DNA from: Octopus sinensis
Lineage: Eukaryota
Assembly: GCF_006345805.1 (NCBI RefSeq)
Contig: NC_042997.1
Coordinates: 44,454,001 to 44,518,000, forward strand
Length of the DNA: 64,000 bases
Direction of reading: 5' to 3'
The number at the start of each line of letters is the position of its first letter. Positions within the stretch are counted from its first letter, which is position 1. Shown in pieces: positions 1 through 12,316 of this stretch. The notes beneath the pieces were generated by a model, which had not been told where the DNA came from, ran no database searches, and saw only the letters and a program-made list of their open reading frames with translations. The position numbers and the translations under genes are program-made.

Positions 1-226
1 AGAGATTAGACGATAAAGTCATCTTAAAAAACACGTTAGAGTTTTTGCATGAATGAGTGAAATCGAGTAAAAGTAAAATATTAACAAAATATCTTTTTCC
101 TACCTCTTAAAATCACTGGATATATAATATATATAATAATCCTGAATAGATTTTCCTGGCTTGCCTGTCCTCCGTCAAAACATCCAACCCATGCCAGCAT
201 GGAAAGCAGACGTTAAACGATGATGG

Positions 227-269
<43 letters not shown>

Positions 270-690
270 ATATAATTATGATAGATTGATACCCATTCAA
301 TGTTTAGGTAAACTTCGTCACTCACTCTCTCTTCCCCCCCCACTCAATGAAATGTATTTCGGTGCCAAAAATAGATTTTCTTTTTACAATTTTTGGTGCC
401 GAAATTTGTTTCATCTTTGTGTGGAGAGAGAGAGAGAGAGAGACAGAGTGAGTGAGTGAGAGAAAGACAGAGTGGGTGACAAAGTTTACGTAAACATTGA
501 ATGGGTTGGACAGTTTGAATGAGGACTGGCAAACCTGGAAAATCTATTTGGGATTATTTTATATAATATATCCAATGATTTTAAGAGGAAGGAAAAAGAT
601 GTTTTACTCCATTTCACTCATTCATGCAAAAACTCTAATGTGTTTTTTTTCAAGATGAATTTATCGTTCGTTATCTCTCCACACTTCGTT
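1..690. repeat. Large imperfect inverted repeat (foldback); left arm runs off the window edge
   Basis: 1-70 and 91-190 match the reverse complement of about 501-680 (e.g. ATCTTTTTCCTACCTCTTAAAATCACTGGATAT vs ATATCCAATGATTTTAAGAGGAAGGAAAAAGAT). Confidence 0.85.
291..506. mobile_element. Palindromic MITE-like element at the centre of the foldback
   Basis: Terminal inverted repeats ACCCATTCAATGTTTAGGTAAACTTCGTCAC / GTGACAAAGTTTACGTAAACATTGAATGGGT, plus an internal inverted pair ATTTCGGTGCCAAAAAT / ATTTTTGGTGCCGAAAT. Confidence 0.7.
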
Positions 691-861
691 ACCACTAACT
701 TCTATGACCTCTGCATCTTATTCATTTCAAACTTCTTTGAATTTTCAATAGAATGTAATCCACACTCTCTCGAAAACATATTTCTGCAAAATGTTATCTA
801 AAATTATGAGTAAAGAAAGAAATAGCAAAAAAGTTTTGAAAATGGGGGTGGGGATTCCACA

Positions 862-1380
862 TGACCCCATTTTCCGGACCCAAAAAAGTGTTTTGTAGCA
901 TATTAGGTCCTGGAATTCAGTCACTGAAAAAAACCCAGAAAATTTCCAATGATTCTGGGATATAGAGGGGGGGGTACTCGTTTCTCACCCCCCCTTTTTT
1001 TTTCCGAACAAAAATAGGGGGTTAGCAGCTTATTATGAGATCAGGGTACTTGATTCCATGCAAATAATCCGAGTTTTTTTCTTTCCTTAGTGAAAAGATC
1101 AATGGGGGTAGAGGGTGAAATTTCCAAAGCTTTCACCTCATCTCACCCCATTTTCCGGGCCCGAAAATGGGTTTTGTAGCATATTAGGAGGTCACCAGAA
1201 TTCATTCAATGAAAAAGATTTCCAATGATTCTGGGATATGGGGGGGGGGGGGGTCCAGCTCCCCCACCTTTTTTTTTTTCTGAACAAAAATAAGGAGTTT
1301 GCAGCATAGTAGGAGGTCAGAGTACTTTATTCCATGCAAAAATTCTGAGTTAAAAAAATTTTTTTTTTTTTTTAGTGAAA
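862..1380. repeat. Two diverged ~280-bp direct repeat units, probably DNA-transposon subterminal repeats
   Basis: ACCCCATTTTCCGG...TTTTGTAGCATATTAGG...TTTCCAATGATTCTGGGATAT recurs at about 863 and about 1145. Confidence 0.65.
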
Positions 1381-1384
1381 ATTG

Positions 1385-1681
1385 TGCCAGCGTCGCCTCG
1401 ACTGGCTGCTGTGCCGGTGGCACGTAAAAAGCACCATCCGAATCGTGGCCGATGTCAGTGCCGCCTCAACTGGCTTCCGTGCCAGTGGCACGTAAAAAGC
1501 ACACACTACACTCACGGAGTGGTTGGCGTTAGAAGGGCATCCAGCTGTAGAAACACTGCCAGATCAAGACAGGAGCCTGATACAGTCTTCTGGCTTCCCA
1601 GATCCCCGGTCGAACCATCCAACCCATGTTAGCATGGAGAACGGACGTTAAACGACGATGATGATGATGATGATGATGATG
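1385..1681 (+). mobile_element. Family M retroposon ((GAT)n tail, AGGAAGGGCATCC core; MetaSINE-like)
   Basis: Shared 3' block GGTTGGCGTTAG(G)AAGGGCATCCAGCTGTAGAAAC...CCAACCCATGCTAGCATGG...GTTAAACGATGATGAT, repeated more than 15 times in the window. The family name is from memory. Confidence 0.85.
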
Positions 1682-2062
1682 AAAGGATCAAAATTTACCA
1701 AAATCTGTAGTTATGCCAACACAACTTTGGTATATCATGCCAGTTGTGTTTACAGTGTCAAAACCTATTCAAATCTTAGGTTCGCATACATCCACAACCC
1801 TTTGTATATTGTAAAATATGTTTCCAGGATTGGCTTTTACAATGTATTGGATCAAAAAGTTTATTCACAATGGTGATGATAATGATGATGTTGAATAAGT
1901 TTTTTGGTTTTTTTTAATTAGAGAAAAAATAAACAACATCCATGTCTATAAGAAAGTCAAGTTGATGAAATTGATGTAGCTGATGTTCACTCAAGCTTTT
2001 CCTTTCAGAAAATTAGGTTGTAAAGGATTATGCAAAATGTTTTGGGATTGAAACAAGTGGAT

Positions 2063-2258
2063 TACTCTCTTTTACTTGTTTCAGTAATTTGACTGCGGCC
2101 ATGCTGGAGCACCGCCTTTAGTCGAGCAAATCGACCCCGGGACTTATTCTTTTTGTAAGCCCAGTACTTATTCTATCGGTCTCTTTTTGCCGAACCGCTA
2201 AGTTACGGGGACGTAAACACACCAGCATCGGTTGTCAAGCAATGCTAGGGGAACAAAT

Positions 2259-2291
<33 letters not shown>

Positions 2292-2460
2292 CATATATAC
2301 GACAGGCTTCTTTCAGTTTCCGTCTACCAAATCCACTCACAAGGCTCTGGTCGGCCCGGGGCTATAGAAGAAGACACTTGCCCAAGATGCCACGCAGTGG
2401 GACTGAACCCGGAACCATGTGGTTGGTTAGCAGGCTACTTACCACACAGCCACTCCTGCG
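2063..2460 (-). mobile_element. Family B tRNA-derived SINE (CORE-like, (AAAGAGT)n tail)
   Basis: Minus-strand head GCAGGAGTGGCTGTGTGGTAAG...GGGTTCAGTCCC (A/B-box-like), a CTTGGGCAAGTGTCTT CORE-like block, an internal (TA)n tract and a short tandem tail; about 12 near-full copies in the window. Confidence 0.9.
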
Positions 2461-3199
2461 GATTAGGTGTGAAGATTGGGGAGGAGGTGTAAGCTTTATA
2501 TCCACAGTAATATCTTTGCAAATTGCAGCATTGCTTTTGAGTAACGACATTGCCTGGTTCAATGTTTTATGTTCTCTTTGGTTTGACTTCTTCAGCTTGA
2601 CTCAAATATCTCCAGAACGGATTGATTATCTTTGTTGCAGCCTGATCCAAGAATTGTCTTTGTACTAATCTTAATCTAATAGCATATGTTTGAATTGTAT
2701 GCTTAATCAGAATATTATGAACTTGATTTCGAATGTTGTCCAGCTGGGATTTTCCAAGCTTACAGTGATCTGGGTTTTTCCATTTAACCATGTTTGTTAA
2801 TCTGTGCACATTCTATCAACATAAGCCTTTCTTTTCTATTAATCTTTCTGCTTAGGTTAACTCTTCTGCAATCTCTTTAAATCTCTTGCTGCTAACTTTC
2901 TCATTAAACTAAGATAACTCTGCTCTACTCTTGAGTTTTAGAAGATTCTAGATCATTGTGGAAGATATCTAATTCTTCAGAGATATCTAGTACCGAGAGC
3001 CGCTGTTCTCTAGTTTCTCTCTGTTTGATATTGCCCAGTATCTATTGGAGGGTTTTCAACTTATAATCGAAAACATATGGTGAATTAGTTAATTTATTTA
3101 CTAAATTGCCTATAATTTTGCTTTCTTTTTACAATCATTATTCAATTATCATTCATTTTCATTTTATGTTTCCATAATTATTTTCTGAATTATACTCAG

Positions 3200-3550
3200 A
3201 ATCGAAATCGATCAATGGAAATTGCAGCTGAGTTACCAGTGCTGGTGGCACGTAAGAGAACCATCCGAACGTGGCCGTTGCCAGCGCCGCCCCGACTGGC
3301 CTTGTGCTGGTGGCACGTAAAAAGCACCATCCGTTTGTGGCCGTTTGCCAGACTCGTCTGGTACCTGTGCCAGTGGCACGTAAAAAGCACCCACTACACT
3401 CATGGAGTGGTTGGCGTTAGGAAGGGCATCCAGCCGTAGAAACATTGCCAGATCAAACTGGGCCTGGTGCAGCCTTCTAGCTTCACAGACCCCAGTTGAA
3501 CCGTCCAACCCATGCTAGCATGGAAAGCGGATGCTAAACGATGATGATGA
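3200..3550 (+). mobile_element. Family M retroposon with internal tandem units
   Basis: Same 3' block and GAT tail; three GGTGGCACGTAA-containing units. Confidence 0.85.
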
Positions 3551-3818
3551 TTTTCAGGGTTTGCTGGCTTTATCTATTTAGAAATTCTTATTATTTTGTT
3601 TTCTCAGTTTACTTTCAACATATAATTACCCTTTGTTTCTACATTCTTAATATAAAATATAAAAGACCCTCTTTTATACTATTACCCTACACACCTGAAT
3701 TAGATGGCTTTTGAAAGCAATCTCTTTCTAATTGACTCTTCTTATTTATTTTTGCATTTTGTTTTCTCCCTTTATTGATAATCCACTCTATCTTATTCCA
3801 AGCTTTTCTTGGTCAGTG

Positions 3819-3870
<52 letters not shown>

Positions 3871-4057
3871 AATGCAGAATGTCAAGAATGAAATGTGATC
3901 TGTGTAGTTTTAAATAAATTGACAGATGTTAAATCAGCATGGAACCTAACTCTGTGATGAAAGTGAAAGGTATGGATTAGTATAATGGTTTCTGAGAGAA
4001 GTTTAGAGAACTTGCTAGCTTTCTGTGGATGAGAGAGTTTATCTAAAATAATATTTG

Positions 4058-4270
4058 ATTCATCATCATCGTTTAACGTCCGTTTTCCTTGTTAGAATGG
4101 GTTGGATGGTTCAACCGGGGTCTGGGAAGCCAGGAGACTGCACCAGGCTCCAGTCTGATCTTGCAGTGTTTCTACAGCTGGATGCCCTTCCTAACGCCAA
4201 CCACTCCGTGAGTGTAGTGGGTGCATTTTACGTGCCATTGGCACAGGGGCCAGAGGAGGCTGGCAACGTC
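4058..4270 (-). mobile_element. Family M retroposon, 5'-truncated
   Basis: (CAT)n followed by CGTTTAACGTCC...GGATGCCCTTCCTAACGCCAACC. Confidence 0.85.
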
Positions 4271-4906
4271 CAGTTGGTGCTAGACATATTAGCCAGTTTC
4301 AATCCTCAACTACTGACAATACCTGTACTGGATAGTACAGGAGAACTAACCTCAAGGTGAAATGATCTAGGAGTGTAACAGAAAACACACACGAACCTCA
4401 TTGTTTTTAACCCTTTAATTACCAATTTTTGTTGCACCACATTGACTTTCTTTCAATTAATTTTGAAAACAATGAAGAATTTAGTAAAATAACTTAGTTG
4501 TTATTAAGCTGATGCTTGGAACATAGATTGACATAGAATTTTAATGAAAGGCCTTACTTTAGATCACTTTAAAACGGGGAATTTCTTTCATAGATCCAGC
4601 ACTGTTCAGAGGCAGTTTAATATGAAAAAGGTAAAAGTAAAATCTACAATCAGAGGAAAGCAGGTGTGGCAGTGTGCAAAGAAGTTTGCTTGCCAACCAC
4701 ATTGTTCTGGGTTCACTCCAACTGCCTGGCACCTTGGGCTAGTGTCTTCCACTATAGCCTCAGGCTGACCAAAGCATTGTGAGTGGATTTAGTAGACAGA
4801 AACTGAAAGAAGGTGGTGTATATATATTTTGTTGTATATGTATAATTATCTATCTTATAAATTAAAAGGCAAGTTCTCTGTGTGTGTTGTGTGAACCACT
4901 TTTGCT

Positions 4907-4955
<49 letters not shown>

Positions 4956-5064
4956 ATGTATATGTATATATGTATATGTATGTATATATATTCTTATATA
5001 CATACATATAGATATATATAAGACCAGCAGCCGCCCATGCATACTGGCCTCCTCTCTCCATGCC

Positions 5065-5238
5065 ACCAGTGTTATCCAAGGGAAAGGCAAAAGGGGCCGA
5101 TACAGCTTGGTACTTGTGACGTCGCAACTCATTTCTACAGCTGAGTAAACTAGAGCAACAGGAAATAAAGTGTCTTGCTCAAGAACACAACATGCAGCCG
5201 GTCCGGGATTCGATCTCACAACCTCAGCATCGTAAGCT
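5065..5238 (-). mobile_element. tRNA-derived CORE-like SINE fragment (same family as 20957-21257)
   Basis: The reverse complement matches GAGCTTACGAT..GAGGTTGTGAG..CGAATCCCGGACC...GTGTTCTTGAGCAAGACACTTTATTTC. Confidence 0.75.
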
Positions 5239-5499
5239 CGACGCTCTATATATATATGTGTGTGTGTGCGTACCTCCATTATCGCTTGGCAACTGATGTT
5301 GTTGTGTTCATGTCCCCAGAACTGAGCTGTTGGACAAAAGGGACCAATAGAATAAGTACTAGGCTTACAAAGAATAAATCCTGGGGTCGATTTCTTCGAC
5401 TGAAGGTGGTGCTCCAGCATGGCTGCAGTCACATGGCCGAATCAAGTGAAACAATAAAAAACACGATGCTATTTTATTGCTGAGCAATGCCGGGTATCT

Positions 5500-5640
5500 C
5501 TGCTAATTATAATTATTTTAGTTCGTTTTGTTTGTCCTCGTTATTGTCCCGTACATTTGTTCGCTATTCCCAGTCGCATTTTGCAACTGGCGGCAGAAAG
5601 AGGGAACAATATGAATGATAACAGCATGAAATTGTAATTG
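5500..5640 (+). promoter_or_regulatory. CpG-retaining non-repeat segment; possible promoter or 5'UTR first exon of the + strand gene
   Basis: Cluster of CpGs (GTTCG, CCTCG, CCCGT, TTCGC, GTCGC, GGCGG) in otherwise CpG-poor unique DNA, followed by a possible donor ATT|GTAATT. The function is inferred only. Confidence 0.25.
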
Positions 5641-5789
5641 TATTTTGGATGTTGACTGATGAGGGATTAGCCATGAATTTCCTGGTTGCTATGTTTTTGT
5701 CAAATTTTCCATTTGTTATCTTGCCAAATTTTCTGTTTGTTATACTTTTGTTAAATCCTTGAAATACTCATGCACACGCACACACATAT

Positions 5790-5790
<1 letters not shown>

Positions 5791-5836
<46 letters not shown>

Positions 5837-6060
5837 TTAGCGTCTGCTTTCCATGCTAGCATGGGTTTGTCACGGTTCAACTGGGGTCTGTGAAGCCAGA
5901 GGGCGGCATCAGGCCCAGTCTGATCTGGCAGTGTTTCTACGGCTGGATGCCCTTCCTAACGCCAACCACTCCGTGAGTGTAGTGGGTGCTTTTTACGTGC
6001 CACCCGCACAGGTGCCAGACGGAGCTGGCAAACGGCCACGGACGGATGGTGCTTTTTACG
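5791..6060 (-). mobile_element. Family M retroposon
   Basis: Long (CAT)n followed by the family 3' block. Confidence 0.85.
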
Positions 6061-6486
6061 TGTGTGTGTGTGTGTTTGCGCCTCCCCCACTGCATGGCAA
6101 CTGTTGTTGGTGTGTTTCTGTCCCTGTAAGCTAGTGGTCCAGCAAAAGAGACTGATAGAATAATTACCAGGTTTCAAAATAAAATAAGTCCTGGAGTTGA
6201 TGAAAATTCCTCAAGGCAGGGCCCCAGCATGGCTGCAGTCTAATGACTGAAACAAGTAAAAAAATAAATCTGGGGAGGGTCTATAGTGGCAACAAATGAT
6301 CCAAGATGATTAGTGGTAATTTAAATAGATTAGTTAGTATGAGGAAAGGGAGAAGCCTGAAGTGTTTTAGTGAAGAAGAGAGTGTATTGTGTATGGAGTG
6401 AAATGTCTCCAAGAAGTACATGTAGCAGTAGATGCTGTAGGTAGGTTGATTGTGGTTTCTGAGTCAAGGAGAGTGGAGGTGGATGG

Positions 6487-6881
6487 TACTCTCTACTCTT
6501 TTACTCTTTTGACTGCGGCCATGCTGGAGCACCGCCTTTAATCGAGCAACTCAACTCCGGGACTTATTCTTTTGTAAGCCCAGTACTTATTCTATCGGTC
6601 TCTTTTGCCGAACCGCTAAGTGACGGGGACGTAAACACACCAGCATCGGTTGTCAAGCAATGCTAGGGGGACAAACACAGACACACAAACACACGTACAT
6701 ATATATATATACATACATATATATGACGGGCTTCTTTCAGTTTCTGTCTACCAAATCCACTCACAAGGCTTTGGTCGGGCCGAGGCTATAGTAGAAGACA
6801 CTTGCCCAAGGTGCCACGCAGTGGGACTGAACCCGGAACCATGTGGTTGGTAAGCAAGCTACTTACCACACAGCCACTCCT
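6487..6881 (-). mobile_element. Family B SINE
   Basis: Full head-to-tail match to the other copies. Confidence 0.9.
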
Positions 6882-7229
6882 GTTAGTCTGTTATAGATAG
6901 CATTTTTAGTTACTTTTGGGAATTTTGGAGCTGAAAGCGATATGACTCTTCAGATCATTGGATACATTTCTCATGCTAGGATAAGGCCTCAGATCTTTAA
7001 AGAGATGGAAATAATTGATTGAATAGCTCCATTTGAATTTAATCAGTCCTGTAGGGTTAGGAGATACACAGTATTATGACTTGATAGGCCGTGTGTTCAT
7101 ACGAACCAAGTTAGCATTGGAAAGTGTATGCGAAATGCATCTCATGCCTATCCTCAGTGACTGTGAAAAGAAAGGAGCACACCAGTTTCTTGTATGAGAG
7201 GTTGATGTTGTTTATCTCTAAGATCATCC

Positions 7230-7625
7230 CTGATCAAGTGGACCAGTTTTCAAACGCATTCTAGTTTCGACCATCGTCTTCCTTTGGTCTATATATTCTA
7301 CACAGAACTATGTTATGTGCTCTTTTCATTTTTTAAAGATAGTAGGTTATTTCAAAGAAATTTAGTTGCTATTTCTAGTAGGCCAAATGATCACAGAGAC
7401 TTCCTTGTTGGCTTGTGTATGAAAGATTGTTGAATGAGGAATCCAAATTAATGTCAAAAGATGCTTTCTTGTTTGTTTATCAGAGTGCAGTTGGTTTGCA
7501 GTTGTGCTCTTTGTCCAACCCATGATCACACTGAATGTGCTATTTTGTATTAACACTTTGTTGTGGAGATCCCAGGTAAGACTGGCAAAATCCGCAATAG
7601 ACTGGCTGTATCCTTTGTATTTCAA
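7230..7625 (-). mobile_element. Degenerate Penelope-like GIY-YIG endonuclease remnant
   Basis: My manual minus-strand translation reads IQPVYCGFCQSYLGSPQQSVNTK*H, resembling the CxxCxxxYIGxT...R..EH pattern of Penelope GIY-YIG domains; multiple stops. Confidence 0.4.
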
Positions 7626-9407
7626 TGTTATTTTCTAATTATTTGTGTGTGTTGACCAAATATAGTGCTCACGAACACTGTCTTTGGGCCATATTTTCTT
7701 TTCTTGCATAGAAATGTGTAAATGTCATGTAGACTTACTAGAATTTCTTGACTGACTTCTATGTTTACGGTGTATTTATTATTGTAAATGGTTGGTTGTT
7801 TTTAGATAGTGTTACTAGTACAAAAGGAAATAGTGTACATGGTAGGTGCTACTTTCAGTCTAATTTTTTAGTATGAACTTCTATGTGGCATAACTGCTAG
7901 TATGTTTGGGGAATGATGGATGGATGTAATTTTGCTATCATCTGCATATGATTCTACATGCACGCTTTGTGGAGATGTATTCTGGTCATGTTGGTATCAG
8001 TTAAAAGACAAGCATACATATTGTTGTACATTACATAGGTTTGGTAATGTGAGACATAGTTTACTAGCCAGTGTTTTATGCCGTGTCTTGAGGAGGTGTT
8101 AAGTATTTTATTTAAAAAGAAGAATACACTAGATAATGCATGGTTTTCATGGGTAAATTACTGTATGAAACAGAGATATCTTGAGTCCAGTATGGTAAAG
8201 TGTTATTTTCTGGAAATATCTGAATTACAAACTAGCAAAGTGGTCAATGTGGATTTGCTTCAGTCCCTAAAGTTTTACTTGATAAGATTTGGTAATCCAG
8301 AGAATAAGTTTAAACAATTTTTCTTTCTTTCTTTTTAGTTTGGAACAGTGTTTGTGAAAGTTTGATGTACATTTAGTTGGCATTACGGAATTTTTTTATA
8401 TACAAGGCTAATATTTTAAAGTGTTTGCCAGGCTTACACACTTGCTTTAGTCTTCACTGGACTGTCCCAGTGGTAGATATTTTTTTATCATTGCTTTCAT
8501 ACATGTCTCACACTTTGCATGTCAAACGTAGTCATCTGCAAACAATACTTTATACCATGAACAGGAAAGTGTGTTATAATCTAATCTACTCTATACATTC
8601 AGTAAGTTTAAACATATCTCAAAAAATATTTAAAACAAGATTATTCTTGATAAATCTCTGTGGAGTAGAACCAATCTTTAGTTGACATTGTTGCTAAGAG
8701 AGTGATGATTGTGGTACCTGTTTTATAACTTCATAACAAATCTCTTTACTGAGACAAGTTTTCTCTACAAAAACAAAACAGAAGACATTTTGTTTCTATT
8801 CACATTGATTAAGAAAAAATAGTAAAATTGCTGCAAAGTTATATAAAATGACCCATAAACAAAGTTATCATTTTTAGATATAAAATAATTTGGCTTGTTA
8901 TTTGTGACATTGGATAGGTGATTCACATAGTCATTGAAAGTTTTTAGGTAGAATGAATGAAATGTCACATAAATAGCCTCAGTAGTTGTTAAAATTTCAG
9001 TTTATTTGCCTTTCTAGTGCTGTGAATATTTGGTAATTTTTATAGCAAATACTTTACTGAACTTGTAATTATTTAGTGTGTATGTCTGCTAGGGCTTATT
9101 TCAAACACAGATTGTAATGATTCTTTAAAGTTCATGTTTTGCGTGTCCAATATCACTTATTTGTATTGTTGTTGATATTGTCATCCTCACGATGTTGTTA
9201 TTATAGGAAATCACACTATTGTTGCTGCTGCGGTTTGCATTTCAATAAGTGGTACCTGTAGTTGCGAAGGGATCCATTAAGTTGGTAGTTGCTGATAAGT
9301 GGATTTGTGGTTTGAAAGAAATCATTTTTGTGCCGTGGTGTTAAAATATTATCAGATTGTTGCTTCTTTCTGAAGATTAACATTGATTGAACAAGTAGAT
9401 GTAAGAC

Positions 9408-9504
9408 ATGGAGCAGCTGATATTAGCAGTGGATAGAGCTGTGAATTTAAGAGATTCAAAGCCAGGAAGCATTAGGTACTTAATTCAGTGTCCTGGAGTT
9501 GGTG
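9408..9504 (+). CDS. Candidate first coding exon of an unidentified gene (MEQLILAVDRAVNLRDSKPGSIRYLIQCPGVG)
   Basis: ATG at 9408 with an in-frame upstream TAA; 32 protein-like codons; consensus donor G|GTAAGT at 9505 (phase 1); upstream acceptor TGCTTCTTTCTGAAG. Confidence 0.5.
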
Positions 9505-9642
9505 GTAAGTAATAATTATTGATCAAGAAGTAATGATAGGTCCTTGATGGATGCTAGAGTTAATGGAACTAAGTATTGAGAAGGCTAGGTTTGGCATGAA
9601 CCCTACGATTCACAAGATTGGAGCTTAACCCATTTTCCATAG

Positions 9643-10008
9643 CAGTGGCCGATGCCAGTGCCGCCTCGACTGGCTTCTGTGCCGGTGGCACATAAAAAGC
9701 ACCATCCGAACATGGCCGATGCCAGTGTCGCCTTGGCTGGCTTCCGTGCCGGTGGCACGTTAAAAGCACCAAACGATTGTGGCCGATGCCAGACCCCCCC
9801 CCCCTGGCACCTGTGCAGGTGGCACGTAAAAAGCACCCACTGCACTCGCGGAGTGGTTGGCGTTAGGAAGGGCATCCAACTGTAGAAACACTGCCAGATC
9901 AGACTGGAGCCTGGTGCAGCCCCTGGCTTCCCAGACCCCGGTCGAACCGTCCAACCCGTGCTAGCGTGGAAAACGGACGTTAAACGATGATGATGATGAT
10001 GATGATGA
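9643..10008 (+). mobile_element. Family M retroposon with ~68-bp internal units
   Basis: Family 3' block and (GAT)n tail. Confidence 0.85.
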
Positions 10009-10225
10009 TAAATGGCTGAAACTGCAACATTTCCCTTGAGTAGGACCCTGCTCTGTTGTAGGGTTAAGTTTTCAGCTATTGCTGGAACTCATTTCACAGC
10101 AGAGTGGGCTGGAGTACCATGAAATGAGGTGGTTTGCTCAAGAACACAGCATCTCCTGATCCTAGAATTGAAACCATGATCTTACAGTCTTGAGTGCAGT
10201 GCCCTAAATGCTATACTTATTTCTT

Positions 10226-10435
10226 TACTACCCACAAGGGGCTAAACACAGAGGGGACACACAAATGTATTAAGTCGAATACATCGACCCCAGTGCATAA
10301 CTGGTACTTATTTAATCGACCCCGAAAGGATGAAAGGCAAAGTCGACCTCGGCTGAATTTGAACTCAGAACGTAACGGCAGACGAAATATGACTACGCAT
10401 TTCGCCCGGCGTGCTAACGTCTCTGCCAGCTCGCC
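10226..10435 (-). mobile_element. Nin/Deu-domain-like SINE
   Basis: The minus strand carries GTCGACTTTGCCTTTCATCCTTTCGGGGTCGAT, which I recall as the Nin/Deu central domain; repeated at 17775, 52934 and 53483. Confidence 0.75.
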
Positions 10436-10935
10436 TAAATACTATATTGTGTGCCTTCACTGTTGAGAAGGTACTGTAGGTATAAATGGATAGGATCTAA
10501 TCAATTTAGAAGCTTTGAACCGAGATGTCTCTGCTTGTATTTTGTTGAAGGTCTTCTGAAAAGAAATATTGATTTGTAATGTGGAACAAGGCTACAGATT
10601 TTTTTTAAGGTGGGTGTGGTTGATTAAACCAATCCCAGCCACTATTGATCCTAATATGTTCTGAAAGGGATTGATTCAATTAATTAGCAGCCATCAAAGA
10701 TGTAGCAGAAATGGTTATGGTACTGGATTTACAGCATTTAGTTTCTTGACATGATACGATAAGTAACAATAATAATCTATTCAATAGGCTGTCTCTTTCT
10801 TATAAAAGTATGACATTGTACCAGTATAAAGAAACCATTGTAGTATATCTTTCTTGGAGCTAAACACTACAAGTAGTAGACAGTTAGTAGATGTAACTTT
10901 TTGGAAGCCATTTTTATTATCATTATCATGAGAGA

Positions 10936-11258
10936 GTGAGGGCGCGTGGCTTAGTGGTTAGGGCATTCGGCTCATGATCGTAAGGTTGTGAGTTCGATTC
11001 CCGGCGACGCGTTGTGTCCTTGAGCAAGACACTTTATTTCACGTTGCTCCAGTCCACTCAGCTGGCAAAAATGAGTTGTACTTGTATTTCAAAGGGTCAG
11101 CCTTGTCACTCTCTGTGTCACGCTGATTATCCCCGAGAACTACGTTAAGGGTACACGTGTCTGTGGAATGCTCAGCCATTTGCACGTTAATTTCACGAGC
11201 AAGCTGTTCCGTTGATCGTATCAGCTGGGACCCTCGACGTCGTAACCGGCGGAGTCTT
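10936..11258 (+). mobile_element. tRNA-derived CORE-like SINE with a family-C type tail
   Basis: GGCGCGTGGCTTAGTGGTTAGG...GAGTTCGATTCCC head; GTGTCCTTGAGCAAGACAC; tail ...CCCCGAGAACTACGTTAAGGGTACACGTG... as in 36597-36980. Confidence 0.85.
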
Positions 11259-11456
11259 TAAATCATGAGAGAGAGAGATTAAAACTTTTGTAGGAGATTA
11301 TCCTAAACTGTTGTTTCCAACATGAGATTGGGATGGGATTATGTTCAGACTTTAATTTATATGATTCTTATTTACGTGTTTGTGGAAAGAGAAGTTTAAA
11401 AGTTTGGATCGGATAGGCAGTAAAGTGATCCCATGATTGCAGGTATAATATATATA

Positions 11457-11616
11457 CCTGGAGTGGCTGTGTGGTAAGTAGCTTGCTTACTAACCACATG
11501 GTTCTGGGTTCAGTCCCACTGCGGGGCACCTTGGGCAAGTGTCTTCTACTATAGCCTTGGACTGACCAAAGCCTTGTGAGTGGATTTAGTAGACGGTAAC
11601 TGAAAGAAGCCTATCG

Positions 11617-11651
<35 letters not shown>

Positions 11652-11866
11652 ATATGTTTGTGTGTCTGTATTTGTCCCCCCAACATCGCTTGACAACCGA
11701 TGCTGGTGTGTTTACGTCCCTGTAACTTAGCAGTTCGGCAAAAGAGACCGATTGAATAAGTACTAAGTTTACAAAGAATAAGTCCTGGGGTTGATTCGTT
11801 CGACTAAAGGCGGTGCTCCAGCATGGCCACAGTCAAATGACTGAAACAAGTAAAAGAGTAAAAGAG
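11457..11866 (+). mobile_element. Family B SINE
   Basis: Head GGAGTGGCTGTGTGGTAAG through tail GTAAAAGAGTAAAAGAG. Confidence 0.9.
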
Positions 11867-12097
11867 ATATATTTTAGTATCAATTTTGGTAATGAAAGGC
11901 AAATATGAATCCTCATATTTGGGATCAGAGACAAGAGATTGGACGAACTGATTGGGTACTCAAAAAGCTGGGATAAATAATCATCGTAAAGAATCAAGGG
12001 GTCATTTAATGTAAAATGTGGATATGAGAATTAAGCTTTAAGAGGTGTGTGATAGCACAGAACATGTTGGTATTGTGAAAAAGAAGGGATAATTTAA

Positions 12098-12316
12098 CCC
12101 TTTAGTGTTCAGATTATTCAATCAAACATAATGCCTATTGATTCCCATTGATTTGAATTAATCATGCATTATCTCATATCTTCAAGATCTTGATGGTGTA
12201 ATTACTTAATGTAGAATGACATTGTAGGGTAGGTGTGAGAGCCTGGATCTGGTCAGTTTGAACATAAAACAGATTAGCTATATTGGCCGGATATGGCCAG
12301 TTTAAATACTAAAGGG
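12098..12316. mobile_element. piggyBac-like MITE
   Basis: TTAA|CCCTTTAGT ... ACTAAAGGG|TTAA: TTAA target duplication and terminal inverted repeats; related copies at 31915 and 46557. Confidence 0.85.

Noticed and set aside
7262-7295. Hammerhead ribozyme on the - strand (GAC-GATG-GTC-GAAAC)
   Set aside because: A stem and GAAAC are present, but the required CUGANGA core is absent.
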